A stretch of DNA of 62,183 bases, taken from assembly GCA_947040945.1 (NCBI GenBank), contig CAMRCO010000001.1, forward strand, positions 1 to 62,183, given 5' to 3'. This stretch comes from an uncultured Spirochaetia bacterium (lineage in GTDB: Bacteria > Spirochaetota > Brachyspiria > Brachyspirales > Brachyspiraceae). Shown here piece by piece: positions 46,776-56,618 of the stretch. The position numbers were made by a program, and so were the translations under genes. Every line of letters begins with the position of its first letter. The first letter of the stretch is position 1. The notes under the pieces are model-generated. The model searched no databases. It saw only the letters and a program-made list of their open reading frames with translations, and was not told the DNA's origin.

Positions 46776-47222
46776 ATGGCTTCTAAAATAAAATGTAAAG
46801 CTTGCAATACACTAAATTATAAATATAATGTAGCATGTGCTTCATGTGGTAAACCTTTATATAAAGAAATATCATATAAAACAGCTCTCAATGTTACAGT
46901 TGCATTTGATATACTTTTTACAATTATATATATATTAGGCATATTTATTTTTATATCAAAATATAATACTGAAGAGTTTAATCCGTTTATAATCTATATC
47001 CCTGTTCAAAATACATTTTTATATTTTTTAATTATAGTGTTTTTTGCTTTATCAGCTATTATCAGAATATTATTCTTACTTAATGTTTTCTTTTTCAAAA
47101 AGAATATTCCGTATTATATAAGACGTACTATAATGTTAGTTGAATGTATTACTATGTTTCCATTACAATTAATATTGTCAATGTACTTTTATGGAAAAGC
47201 AACAGACTTAAATAAAAAATAA
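46776..47222 (+). CDS. membrane protein with an N-terminal zinc-ribbon
   Basis: 148 aa. CKACNTLNYKYNVACASCGKPL followed by 3-4 hydrophobic spans. Confidence 0.55.
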   Translation: MASKIKCKACNTLNYKYNVACASCGKPLYKEISYKTALNVTVAFDILFTIIYILGIFIFISKYNTEEFNPFIIYIPVQNTFLYFLIIVFFALSAIIRILFLLNVFFFKKNIPYYIRRTIMLVECITMFPLQLILSMYFYGKATDLNKK

Positions 47223-47224
47223 AT

Positions 47225-48067
47225 ATGAAAGTTATAAGCTCAATTAAAGCCTTAAATAACTATATTTTATCTCTTAAAAAAACTAAAAAAACAATAGGTT
47301 TTATTGCTACAACTGGTGCTCTACATGAGGGTGATTTTTCTAATATAATAAAATCAAAAAAAGAATGTGATATAACTATTGTTAGCATATTTATAAATCC
47401 ATCTCAACTTTTTAAAAACGAAGATATAAACCTGTATCTAAATGCATTAAGTTGTGATAAAAAAAATCTTAAAGCATTAAAAATTGATATACTTTTTTTA
47501 CCAAAAGAAGATTCTATATTTCCCAAAAATTATAACACTTATATAAATAGTCATAATTTATCGAATATACTTTGTGGAATAACAAGACCCGCTTACTTTG
47601 AAAACTTTGCTACTACAATGTGTAAATTATGCAACATAGTATCTCCAAATATTATTTATTGTTCTGAAAAAGAATATCAAAAATATATTATATTAAAATC
47701 TATGGTTAAAGACCTAAACTTAAATATAAGTATAAAAAAAACAAAAACGGTAAGAGATACACTTGGAATAGCCTTAAATAGTAAAAATGCTTTATTAAGT
47801 AGTAGAGAAATGCTTGATGCTCCTATAATATATAAATCATTAAAAATGGCAAAAGAGTATTTTAATGAAGGCTACAATTTATCAGAAGATATTATAAATT
47901 TTATGAAAGATATACTATGTCAAGCTGTAACACTTAAAGTTGATTATATATCTATAGTTGATTCAGAAACACTCTCAGAACTTCAAACAGCAACAAAACA
48001 TTCATATATATTTATAGCTTGTTACTGTGGCAAAAATCGCTTAACCGATAATATATCTCTAAAATAA
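47225..48067 (+). CDS. panC: pantoate--beta-alanine ligase homologue (divergent)
   Basis: 280 aa, colinear with PanC (IGFIATTGALHEGDF..., VSIFINPSQL, TRPAYFENF, SEKEYQK, ALNSKN), but with substitutions at several usually invariant motif positions. Confidence 0.65.
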   Translation: MKVISSIKALNNYILSLKKTKKTIGFIATTGALHEGDFSNIIKSKKECDITIVSIFINPSQLFKNEDINLYLNALSCDKKNLKALKIDILFLPKEDSIFPKNYNTYINSHNLSNILCGITRPAYFENFATTMCKLCNIVSPNIIYCSEKEYQKYIILKSMVKDLNLNISIKKTKTVRDTLGIALNSKNALLSSREMLDAPIIYKSLKMAKEYFNEGYNLSEDIINFMKDILCQAVTLKVDYISIVDSETLSELQTATKHSYIFIACYCGKNRLTDNISLK

Positions 48068-48160
48068 AACTTTATTTAATCGTTTTTTATTTTTATAGTA
48101 TTGACATATATACTTATCTAAACTAAACTGTTGGGCATAATCAAATATAGGAGTTTTATT

Positions 48161-48592
48161 ATGAAAAAAATGATTACTTATTCTTTTATTATTTCACTTA
48201 TGCTATCATCTTTACTTATGGCTAACGAACAAGTTATTCCAGTAGACTCTATTCCAAAAGAAGCAAAAACATTCTTAAACAAGTACTATCCAAAGATTGA
48301 ATTAGTATATGCTGAGAAAGACAGAAATGAAATTGATGTTACACTTGCTAATGGTGCTGAAGTTTCTTTTTTTAATGATGGACAATGGAAAAGTGTTGAT
48401 GGAAAACATCAAGCTATACCAACAGGTTTTATTCCAGCTCCAGTTTTAGCTGCTATAAAAAAAGCATATTCAGGTGCTAATGTAATTCAAATTGAAAAAG
48501 AGAATTCTGGTTTTGATGTTAAGCTTGACAACAGAATGGAGCTTAAAATGGACAAAAATGGTAAAATATATTCAACAGAATATGATGATTAA
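48161..48592 (+). CDS. PepSY-like (DUF2874-type) secreted protein
   Basis: The start at ATG 48161 has aggag 8 nt upstream. Signal peptide, then two PepSY-like half-repeats (PKEAKTFLNKYYP...; PAPVLAAIKKAYSGANV...). Confidence 0.65.
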   Translation: MKKMITYSFIISLMLSSLLMANEQVIPVDSIPKEAKTFLNKYYPKIELVYAEKDRNEIDVTLANGAEVSFFNDGQWKSVDGKHQAIPTGFIPAPVLAAIKKAYSGANVIQIEKENSGFDVKLDNRMELKMDKNGKIYSTEYDD

Positions 48593-48615
48593 TAAATATT
48601 TTTAGTCTAATACTA

Positions 48616-48646
48616 GCCTCTTGATTTAAGTGTCAAGGGGCTTTTT
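48616..48646 (+). terminator. Rho-independent terminator
   Basis: gcctcttga-tttaagtg-tcaaggggc (1 mismatch) followed by ttttt. Confidence 0.6.
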
Positions 48647-48712
48647 ATTTTAACATTTTTAATTTATACTGTATTTTCTCTAATATTTAATTTAAGGTAC
48701 TATTAATATATC

Positions 48713-51712
48713 ATGCTTTCAAACTCTTCAAACCTGTTTTCATATAATAATGACGAAACAGATAATATAATTAATAATGACAAAATAGACACCAAAATTA
48801 ATAGTGAGACACCTAAAAATTTTGACTGGGTATATTATACTCGTTCACCATTAATGGATACATATAGAGATAATCTTTATAGAGATAACTATAGCATATC
48901 AGCTCTTATATCAATGAGAGGCTCAAATAATGATATGTCTTTGGGCTTATCTATTAAAGTTACTCACAACGAAACTGGAAATGTACTTAGAATTGTAGAG
49001 TTAGAAAACTTTTTATTTTCTGTAATTGTTGATAGTAGCCAAACAATAGAGAATGAAGAATATAAAATACGACTTGAAGACTTTAGTAAATATGACTCTA
49101 AATTGATAAGATTCCTAAATATTACTTACCAAGAAGGAAATCAGAATCAAGAAAGTGGTAAGCTTTGGTTTAAGGATTATAATTTAGGAGAATTACTCGA
49201 TATACTAAAAAATATAAGCTTAATAAAACTTGAAACTCGTGTCATAACATTTAGTGATGAAATATTAAAAGTAATTATAAAAGGTGAAAATGATAATCAA
49301 GGTAATGTTTCTCTAAATATAATATTTAAGGATATTGAACTTGAGGCAGAAAAAATATATACTTTTGGAATAAACTGCCCATATATACTTTATAAAGATA
49401 CATTTTATTTTACAACACCATCATACCCAAAAGTAAAAAAAACTTTATTTAAAGAAAATATTAAAATATCAAAAGACTATATAAGTGATTTTTGTGCGAG
49501 AGTATTACCTAATTTAAAAAAAGATTTTGAACTTGAACTACCTCCAAATATTAAGGAAAGTGAGGAGCGAGTTTTCCCCGCACAAGCTTTGGTATTTCTT
49601 GATTATGATGGAGACTATGTATATGGAGCTATAAAGTTTAAATATGGAAAGTTTACAATCGACCCATACAGTGGAAAATGTACAAGCTCTGATATGCTTA
49701 ACTTAGACAATGAAGTTTATAGAGATAAAGAAAAAGAAGATTTTTTTTGCGAAACATTATCAAAATATCTTAACCGAATTAATGAATACACTTTTTCAAC
49801 TAATGACGATGAGAAAATTTTTGTGTTATGTTATAAAGCATTGCCATTGCTTCAAGAGAGAGGATGGGCTTGTTTTTATAGTGAGGACTTTAGGGCATTA
49901 AAAATAAATGTTAAGCCTCCACGCATGATAGTTAAATTAAGCAAAGATATAAACTTTTTTGAAATAAATTTTTCTTTTGAAGGGGTAGAGGAAATACATG
50001 ATTTATCAAATTTAGTATCTGAAGTAAAAAAAGAAAATAAAGAATATATAAGACTTCAAAACGGATCATTCATTCCTGTCGACCTTGAAATAATAGATTA
50101 TTTAGCAAAAATATTAAATGATAATTCACTAAAAGACAGTGATAAAGGCAACTATTTAATACCAATGTTTAATGCTCCATACTTTGCCGACATTTTAGAA
50201 AAGCATGGTGGTATTACATTAGAGTTAGAAGACGATGCTAAAACTGCAATTAACGATATAAAAAAAGTTGATTATGATGAAGAGCCACCAGAAAGTTTAA
50301 CTACAGAGCTTCGTCCATATCAGCTTACAGGATATAAGTGGATAAGAAAGCTTGCTGACATGTCATTAAATGGTATTTTAGCTGATGACATGGGTCTTGG
50401 AAAAAGCTTTCAAACTATAGCGTCAATATTAAAAGATAAACAAAGTGGAGTTGTTGGCACTTCTTTAATTGTTGCCCCCACTTCATGTGTAACCAATTGG
50501 TATATGGAAATAAAAAAGTTTGCTCCAAACCTTCACACGATTATACTTAATGGGGTATCAAAGGCTAGGCTTAAAAGAATAAAGTCTATTTCAAATTATG
50601 ATATAGCAATTATTTCGTATGGGGCATTAAGGCGAGACGCTAAAGTTTTAAGTGAATACACATTTAATTATGTAATACTTGATGAAGCACAGCATATAAA
50701 AAATGCTAACACACAAAATGCAAAAACAGTAAAAAGCCTTACATCTATAAAGCGTTTGGCATTAAGTGGCACACCCATAGAAAACAGCATAAGTGAGCTT
50801 TGGTCTATGTTTGATTTTTTAATGCCGGGTTTTTTAGGTAAACATCAAGAGTTTATAGAGCATTATGAAAGCCCTATTATTTCAAATAAGGATGGACTTA
50901 AAGAAGTCGCATTAGATGAACTTAAAACAAAAATAGCTCCGTTTATTCTTAGACGACTAAAAAAAGATGTGCTTAAAGACTTACCTGCTAAGCATACAAA
51001 TATAGCATATTGCGACTTAACTAAAGATCAAAAAGAATTATATATGTCTATACTTGAGGCCGCACGAATTGAAATATTTGAAACTGTAAAACGAAAAGGA
51101 TTTAATCAATCACAAATTGAAATATTTTCAGCATTAACTAGGCTAAGACAAGTATGCTGTCATCCACGTCTACTTGCTCCCGACTTAAGAGGAGAAAGCC
51201 ATACAAGTGGTAAATTTAATATGTTTATTGAAATGATTAGAGAGTCAATTCATGGCGGACATAATGTTTTGGTTTTTAGCCAATTTACAAAAATGCTACA
51301 TATAATGCGTGATGCTTTGACAAAACTCAATATTGACTTTCTTTACCTAGATGGAAAAACAAGAAATAGAATGGACTTGGTAAACAGATTTAATGCGGGT
51401 GAGGCACCTATATTTTTATTAAGCTTAAAAGCCGCAGGCACAGGACTTACACTCACAAAAGCTGACACTGTCATGCATTATGACTTATGGTGGAATCCTG
51501 CAGTTGAGGATCAAGCAACTGATAGAGCTTATAGAATAGGTCAAAAAAGAGTTGTAACAAATTATAAACTCGTAACACGTGGTACAATTGAAGAGAAAAT
51601 ACTCGCTCTACAAGACAGAAAAAGAGAAATTATTGACGCTGTAATTGATGACGCTTCATTTAATGTAAACAAGATGAGCTGGGATGAGATTAAAAATCTT
51701 ATCACGCTTTAA
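48713..51712 (+). CDS. SNF2-family helicase/ATPase with a ~530-aa unassigned N-terminal region (YwqA-like)
   Basis: LRPYQLTGYKW, ADDMGLGKS, DEAQHIKN, SGTPIEN, and helicase-C LKAAGTGLTLTKADTVMHYDLWWNPAVEDQATDRAYRIGQ. Confidence 0.9.
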   Translation: MLSNSSNLFSYNNDETDNIINNDKIDTKINSETPKNFDWVYYTRSPLMDTYRDNLYRDNYSISALISMRGSNNDMSLGLSIKVTHNETGNVLRIVELENFLFSVIVDSSQTIENEEYKIRLEDFSKYDSKLIRFLNITYQEGNQNQESGKLWFKDYNLGELLDILKNISLIKLETRVITFSDEILKVIIKGENDNQGNVSLNIIFKDIELEAEKIYTFGINCPYILYKDTFYFTTPSYPKVKKTLFKENIKISKDYISDFCARVLPNLKKDFELELPPNIKESEERVFPAQALVFLDYDGDYVYGAIKFKYGKFTIDPYSGKCTSSDMLNLDNEVYRDKEKEDFFCETLSKYLNRINEYTFSTNDDEKIFVLCYKALPLLQERGWACFYSEDFRALKINVKPPRMIVKLSKDINFFEINFSFEGVEEIHDLSNLVSEVKKENKEYIRLQNGSFIPVDLEIIDYLAKILNDNSLKDSDKGNYLIPMFNAPYFADILEKHGGITLELEDDAKTAINDIKKVDYDEEPPESLTTELRPYQLTGYKWIRKLADMSLNGILADDMGLGKSFQTIASILKDKQSGVVGTSLIVAPTSCVTNWYMEIKKFAPNLHTIILNGVSKARLKRIKSISNYDIAIISYGALRRDAKVLSEYTFNYVILDEAQHIKNANTQNAKTVKSLTSIKRLALSGTPIENSISELWSMFDFLMPGFLGKHQEFIEHYESPIISNKDGLKEVALDELKTKIAPFILRRLKKDVLKDLPAKHTNIAYCDLTKDQKELYMSILEAARIEIFETVKRKGFNQSQIEIFSALTRLRQVCCHPRLLAPDLRGESHTSGKFNMFIEMIRESIHGGHNVLVFSQFTKMLHIMRDALTKLNIDFLYLDGKTRNRMDLVNRFNAGEAPIFLLSLKAAGTGLTLTKADTVMHYDLWWNPAVEDQATDRAYRIGQKRVVTNYKLVTRGTIEEKILALQDRKREIIDAVIDDASFNVNKMSWDEIKNLITL

Positions 51713-51713
51713 C

Positions 51714-52400
51714 TTATTTAGTAAAAACTGAAGACTCTTCAGGACTTTCTATTGACTCACTTATAGAATAAGAACTACCATTTAATGACATTTCTATTAA
51801 TGTAACCTCAGTATCTGTTTTTTTAATTAAATAATACGATTTTATAAAAGGAGGGTCAGCACCTATACTCATCCAAGTTGATGTTCCGCCAACACTCCAT
51901 TTTGAATTTTCCCATTGTTTATTTTCAGTTCTAGATAACTCATAAAAATTATACCCAAGTGCCTTAACTTGTGCTACAGTATAGGTTTCACCTCCAACTT
52001 TAGTTAAAGCAAGCTCTGATGCATCCTTAATAGTTCCTTCTGATGCCCATTTACTTACAACTTCATTTTTATATGTAACGTCTCCTGTAGTAGCATTTTT
52101 ACTTAGCCCATTTAAAAGTAAACTACCCACTCGCTTAAAAAGAGACATATCTCCATTAACATAAAAAATACTACCTGTTGCATAGTATAGAGTTGTTCCA
52201 GAATATACTCCTTTATCTATACTAGAATATTTTTGAAATCCACTAGCACCACTAACTTGATTCGCAGACTCTTCTAGTCCCGACATTAAATTTAAAACAT
52301 TAAGTCCCGATTTTTCTGTGCTAGGTTTTTGATTTATACTACATTCAAGAATCAAAAGTACAATTACATAAAGTACCATCAAGCTTGTTATTTTCGCCAT
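51714..52400 (-). CDS. hypothetical secreted/lipoprotein-like protein
   Basis: 228 aa. N-terminal hydrophobic segment ending LLILEC. No family recognised. Confidence 0.45.
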   Translation of the reverse strand: MAKITSLMVLYVIVLLILECSINQKPSTEKSGLNVLNLMSGLEESANQVSGASGFQKYSSIDKGVYSGTTLYYATGSIFYVNGDMSLFKRVGSLLLNGLSKNATTGDVTYKNEVVSKWASEGTIKDASELALTKVGGETYTVAQVKALGYNFYELSRTENKQWENSKWSVGGTSTWMSIGADPPFIKSYYLIKKTDTEVTLIEMSLNGSSYSISESIESPEESSVFTK

Positions 52401-52518
52401 ATTATTTTACACCCTTAAAACAACTTATTTATTATTACGTTATAATCTGAGTATAAAGAAAATACTATTTATATAAACTTTTTATAAAGTGAATATGGAT
52501 TAATTAAGACTATATAAA

Positions 52519-52555
52519 AGTAGCCTCCATAACTTAAAAAATTATAGAGGCTACT
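52519..52555 (-). terminator. terminator after the OFOR operon
   Basis: 9-bp perfect stems agtagcctc / gaggctact with a 19-nt loop. A U-rich tract follows on the minus-strand transcript. Confidence 0.5.
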
Positions 52556-52589
52556 TTATAATAAATAATTATATATTTATTTGTTTAAT

Positions 52590-54872
52590 CTATAGCAAGT
52601 CGCAATCATTCATAGCATTTAGTCTTGCCCAACGTCTATCAATTTCCTTTTGGAAAGACTCAAGAACATCATCATTCTTAAGCATATGACGAGTTTTACC
52701 CATCATTTTAAGCCATTCACTCACAGGCTTTTTCTTACTAGAATCTTGGCTATATGGATTATGTGTTATAGTTGTAATTCCCTGCTCAATTTCATAAAGT
52801 GGGAAGAAACAAGAATCAACAGCTGCTCTAATAACCTCTGTACCCATGTCATCAGGTGTTTTCCAGTTTAATGGACATGCGATAAGTATCTTGACAAAAG
52901 CAAGACCTACATTATTAGCATACCACTGAGCCTTAGCTGCCTTTTTAATTAAATCCATAGGGAATGGTTCAGCACCTGTTGCCACATAAGGAACATGGCA
53001 TGCTGAGAATATTTGTGCTACATCTTTATGTTGGAACTCTTTACCAGCTTGAGCTTTACCAACATTAGAAGTAGAAGTTCTGTGTCCTAATGGAGTAGAG
53101 AATGATAACTGATTACCTGTGTTCATATAACCCTCGTTATCGTACTCAAGTATAATCATTTTATGACTACGAATAGCAGCTCCAATTGAAGGCCCCATAC
53201 CGATATCATGTCCGCCATCACCTGTTACCATGATGAATGTAGGATCATTTGGACCTTTAATTTCTCCACGTCTTTTTCTTTCATGATACATTTCAACAAT
53301 ACCACTGAGTGTTGCAGCACCATTTTGGAAAAGATTGTGTACGTATGTTGTACGATATGAACTATAAGGGTAACCTGTAGTTACAACCATTGAACAACCT
53401 GTATGAACAAGTAATACTACCTCGCCTTCAATACCTTTTAAGAAAGTATTAATACCTGAGAATATTCCGCATCCATTACAAGCTCCGTGTCCTTGAGAAT
53501 AACGATAAGCTTTTCCTGTTAATTCTCTAAGTCCTGGTACTTTTACATCAAGTTTTCCAGTTTCAGCATTCATGTTAACTTCAATTCCAGAAGTTTGACT
53601 TTCAAGTGTAAGAGGTTCAAATATAGGCTTCATTTCAACGCCTTTATGTCCCATATACTGCTCTAGATAATCATGGAATTTAACACTACCTGCTTTTTTC
53701 TTTTCTTTAATTCCTATTTCAAAAAGCTCCTCTGCTTTTACAAGTGGGAACTCTGTACCGCCAAGTCCGTATACACGACTTATAACAGTTGTTTTGTTAG
53801 TTTTATCATTCTTAAGTGCTGCTCTAATTTCTGTAGACATGTTACCACCCATACCTGAGTATGTATCTTGGCGGTCACCAACAACAAGCACCTTAACTTT
53901 AGCAAGAAGCTTTTGAAGTTCTTTTTCAGGGAAAGGTCTAATTTGAGTAATAGCAAAAGCACCCACTTTAAGTTTCTTATCAGCCTTACGCATTTGATCA
54001 ACTGCAAGTTGAGCTGTCTCATAAGCACTACCACAAACCATAAGAGCAACATCTGCATCTGCCATTTTATGTGTTTCAATAGGAGAATATTTTCTACCTG
54101 AGATTTTAGCAAACTCAGAAAATACCTCTTTAATAACTGCACGAGAATTTTCTAATGCATCTACAAGCTGAAGTTTGCTTCCTGTAAGCTCATCTTCATT
54201 CATGTAAGGACCAATTGTTACAGGGTTAGTACCCGGCTCAACTGATGTTACAGGTGCTTTATATTCACCTAAAAAGTCTGCTATATCTTTATTTTCTTTA
54301 AATAGTGATACCTTTTTCTTCTGGTGAGAAGTAAAGAAACCATCCGATGAAACAATAATTGGTAATTGTACTTTAGAATGCTCAGCAATTTTCAATGCAA
54401 GAACATTAAAGTCATAAACCATTTGAGTAGTATGAGCCATTATTATAACCCATCCTGTGTTCAAAGCCATCATAATATCAGAGTGATCACACTTAATATC
54501 AAGAGGACCTGAAACTGTACGGTTTACAACATTAAGTACCATAGGAAAACGTGTACCTGATTGCACAGGTAATTGCTCTAAAGCAAAAAGAAGTCCATTA
54601 GCACTTGTTGCGTTGAAAACACGTCCACCTGCAGTAGTTGCTCCATAACAAATACCAGCAGCACCATGCTCACCGTCAGCAGGAACCATTTTCACTTGAT
54701 GTTTACCATCAGCTTTCATAGCGTCTAAGTATTCTGCTATTTGAGTAGATGGTGTAATTGGATAGTAACCCATAACATGGTAATTTATTTGAGAAGCCGC
54801 AATAGCAGCAAGCTCATTACCGCTTTCAAGTATTTCTATTTGTTCAGCTTTTTTTATTTCTTTTGTTGCCAT
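52590..54872 (-). CDS. 2-oxoacid:ferredoxin oxidoreductase, fused alpha-beta subunit
   Basis: 760 aa. Alpha-type N-terminus GNELAAIAASQINYHVMGYYPITPSTQIAE. Beta-type TPP half GHGACNGCGIFSG and GDGGHDIGMGP. Confidence 0.9.
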   Translation of the reverse strand: MATKEIKKAEQIEILESGNELAAIAASQINYHVMGYYPITPSTQIAEYLDAMKADGKHQVKMVPADGEHGAAGICYGATTAGGRVFNATSANGLLFALEQLPVQSGTRFPMVLNVVNRTVSGPLDIKCDHSDIMMALNTGWVIIMAHTTQMVYDFNVLALKIAEHSKVQLPIIVSSDGFFTSHQKKKVSLFKENKDIADFLGEYKAPVTSVEPGTNPVTIGPYMNEDELTGSKLQLVDALENSRAVIKEVFSEFAKISGRKYSPIETHKMADADVALMVCGSAYETAQLAVDQMRKADKKLKVGAFAITQIRPFPEKELQKLLAKVKVLVVGDRQDTYSGMGGNMSTEIRAALKNDKTNKTTVISRVYGLGGTEFPLVKAEELFEIGIKEKKKAGSVKFHDYLEQYMGHKGVEMKPIFEPLTLESQTSGIEVNMNAETGKLDVKVPGLRELTGKAYRYSQGHGACNGCGIFSGINTFLKGIEGEVVLLVHTGCSMVVTTGYPYSSYRTTYVHNLFQNGAATLSGIVEMYHERKRRGEIKGPNDPTFIMVTGDGGHDIGMGPSIGAAIRSHKMIILEYDNEGYMNTGNQLSFSTPLGHRTSTSNVGKAQAGKEFQHKDVAQIFSACHVPYVATGAEPFPMDLIKKAAKAQWYANNVGLAFVKILIACPLNWKTPDDMGTEVIRAAVDSCFFPLYEIEQGITTITHNPYSQDSSKKKPVSEWLKMMGKTRHMLKNDDVLESFQKEIDRRWARLNAMNDCDLL

Positions 54873-54884
54873 TTATTACTCCTT

Positions 54885-55901
54885 TTATTTCTTGCCATAA
54901 CGGCTACAAGTTATATCGCTAACATTATAATTTGCTTCGATGTCGTCAATTAAAGCATGTTTTGACTTGTCTGGCTCTTTTTCTGAATTACTCTTAGGAC
55001 AAGCTTTAACACATTTTCGACAACCCTTACAATATTGATAATCTATACCTTTCATGTACATTTTACCATCTTCTTTGTTGCGATCAAATACTATACATAA
55101 ATCAGGGCAAACAATTTCACACTGAGCACAATGAATACAGTTATCACTATTGTAAACAGGTATTCTTCCTGTACGAGTAACAGTATTGTCTTTTAATGTA
55201 CTACTTCCAGCAGCAGATATGTATCCACCAATTGGTTGATTTTTTTTGCCGTATACAGGCTCAGGTTTCTTAAATGGAATATAAGGATATTTTTTCTCAG
55301 CCTTAAACTCTTTAACCTCACATTCTTCATATCCACGTCTAAAAGCCCTTATGTTTGAATCAACAACATCTGGCTTATTCGCAAACTGATCTCTAATCTT
55401 CTTTTCAAATAAAGTCATATCCAAAAATGGCATAAACTTAACTAAAGCACCCATCATAACAGTGTTTGTTGCAGGAAGCTTTTCTTCAGCCGCTATCTTA
55501 ATAGCATCAATACACACAACAGTTCCACCATGAAGCTTAGAGAATTCACGAGCTTCATCTGGATTCATACTTGTGTTAAAAACAACAACCGCATCTTCTC
55601 TCACACCCATTAAAGTCATAGGATTCTTAAGAAGATTCATATGGAATACTGCAAGAACATGAGGCTCTTCAATTATAGAGTTAACTCGTACAAGAACTTT
55701 AGCATCAGAAAGACGCACAAAAGCCTTAACGGGAGAACCCTTCTTTTCAGAACCATAGCTTGAAAAAGCAGCACCATTATACCCTTGGGATAATACCCCA
55801 ATGTCTGCTAGCATTTTGCCAGCACTATTAGCACCCATACCACCTATACTCTCGAGTCTTATCTCGAAAAAGCCTAAATTATTCACCTTAGGGAGTTTCA
55901 C
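54885..55901 (-). CDS. 2-oxoacid:ferredoxin oxidoreductase, fused gamma-delta (2x[4Fe-4S]) subunit
   Basis: 338 aa. Gamma-type FEIRLESIGGMGANSAGKMLA, then CIHCAQCEIVCPD and CKGCRKCVKACP. Confidence 0.9.
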   Translation of the reverse strand: MKLPKVNNLGFFEIRLESIGGMGANSAGKMLADIGVLSQGYNGAAFSSYGSEKKGSPVKAFVRLSDAKVLVRVNSIIEEPHVLAVFHMNLLKNPMTLMGVREDAVVVFNTSMNPDEAREFSKLHGGTVVCIDAIKIAAEEKLPATNTVMMGALVKFMPFLDMTLFEKKIRDQFANKPDVVDSNIRAFRRGYEECEVKEFKAEKKYPYIPFKKPEPVYGKKNQPIGGYISAAGSSTLKDNTVTRTGRIPVYNSDNCIHCAQCEIVCPDLCIVFDRNKEDGKMYMKGIDYQYCKGCRKCVKACPKSNSEKEPDKSKHALIDDIEANYNVSDITCSRYGKK

Positions 55902-56241
55902 GATTTTCTCCTTCTTATAAAATAGTTGTATTTAGTTTTGAAAAAATCTCTCCAAAACTTTCAAATAAGTGTATATGTTATAACTATAAAAGTCAATAAT
56001 TTAAAAGCTATATCTTAATAAAATTAGTTATTGTATATATATAGTTACATTTAATCTGTAAATATACCTAAATAACTACATAAAGCAAAACAAATAAAAC
56101 AAAAGCTCAATCTAAATATTAAAATTTAAATGGAGCTTGTAAATAATATTAACTAATTTAATTATTATAGCATTAAAAACATAAAAAACTCTTTACTAGT
56201 TTCTACATCTTAAAACTTATAGCCATCTTTAGTTTTTAATG

Positions 56242-56557
56242 TTATTGAACCAGAAGTACCCATTGGAGGAGGGAGCTTCTTTCAACACAATGAAGATAGT
56301 TAAGATTAACGTCTATAGAATCTTCATCTACATTTTCAAGGAAATTTGCTACATTAATCAGTTGAGTTTTAATTAATGCTTTTACTGTTTTTAAGTTAAC
56401 ATCAGAGTTTAATATTGTTTTGTTATCAACAAATATATTACCTGTGCCTCTAACGAAACTGTTATAGTTTTAGCTTTCGCTTTAAACGAAAAAACAGAAA
56501 GTATCAAAGCCGAAAATAACAATACCGATATATATTTTTATAAAAAAACTTCTTTAT
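56242..56557 (-). pseudogene. possible decayed small lipoprotein gene
   Basis: The minus strand reads ATA-AAG-AAG-TTTTTTT... If the T7 run were T6 it gives (M)KKFFIKIYIGIVIFGFDTFCFFV. Two in-frame TAA follow (56482-56484, 56470-56472), then a 74-codon stop-free stretch NYNSFVRGTGNIFVDNKTILNSDVNLKTVKALIKTQLINVANFLENVDEDSIDVNLNYLHCVE.... The 3' limit is uncertain (56210-56244). Confidence 0.3.
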
Positions 56558-56618
56558 ATTTGATAAAAATACCTATCACATATTGTTATGCAAACCAATA
56601 AGCCTAATGATACTTATT

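Noticed and set aside
56268-56290. A ~16-nt similarity (ggagcttct[c]tttcaac) between the candidate pseudogene region and the pnp 3' end (56706-56724).
   Set aside because: It is too short and has an indel. No extended homology on either side.
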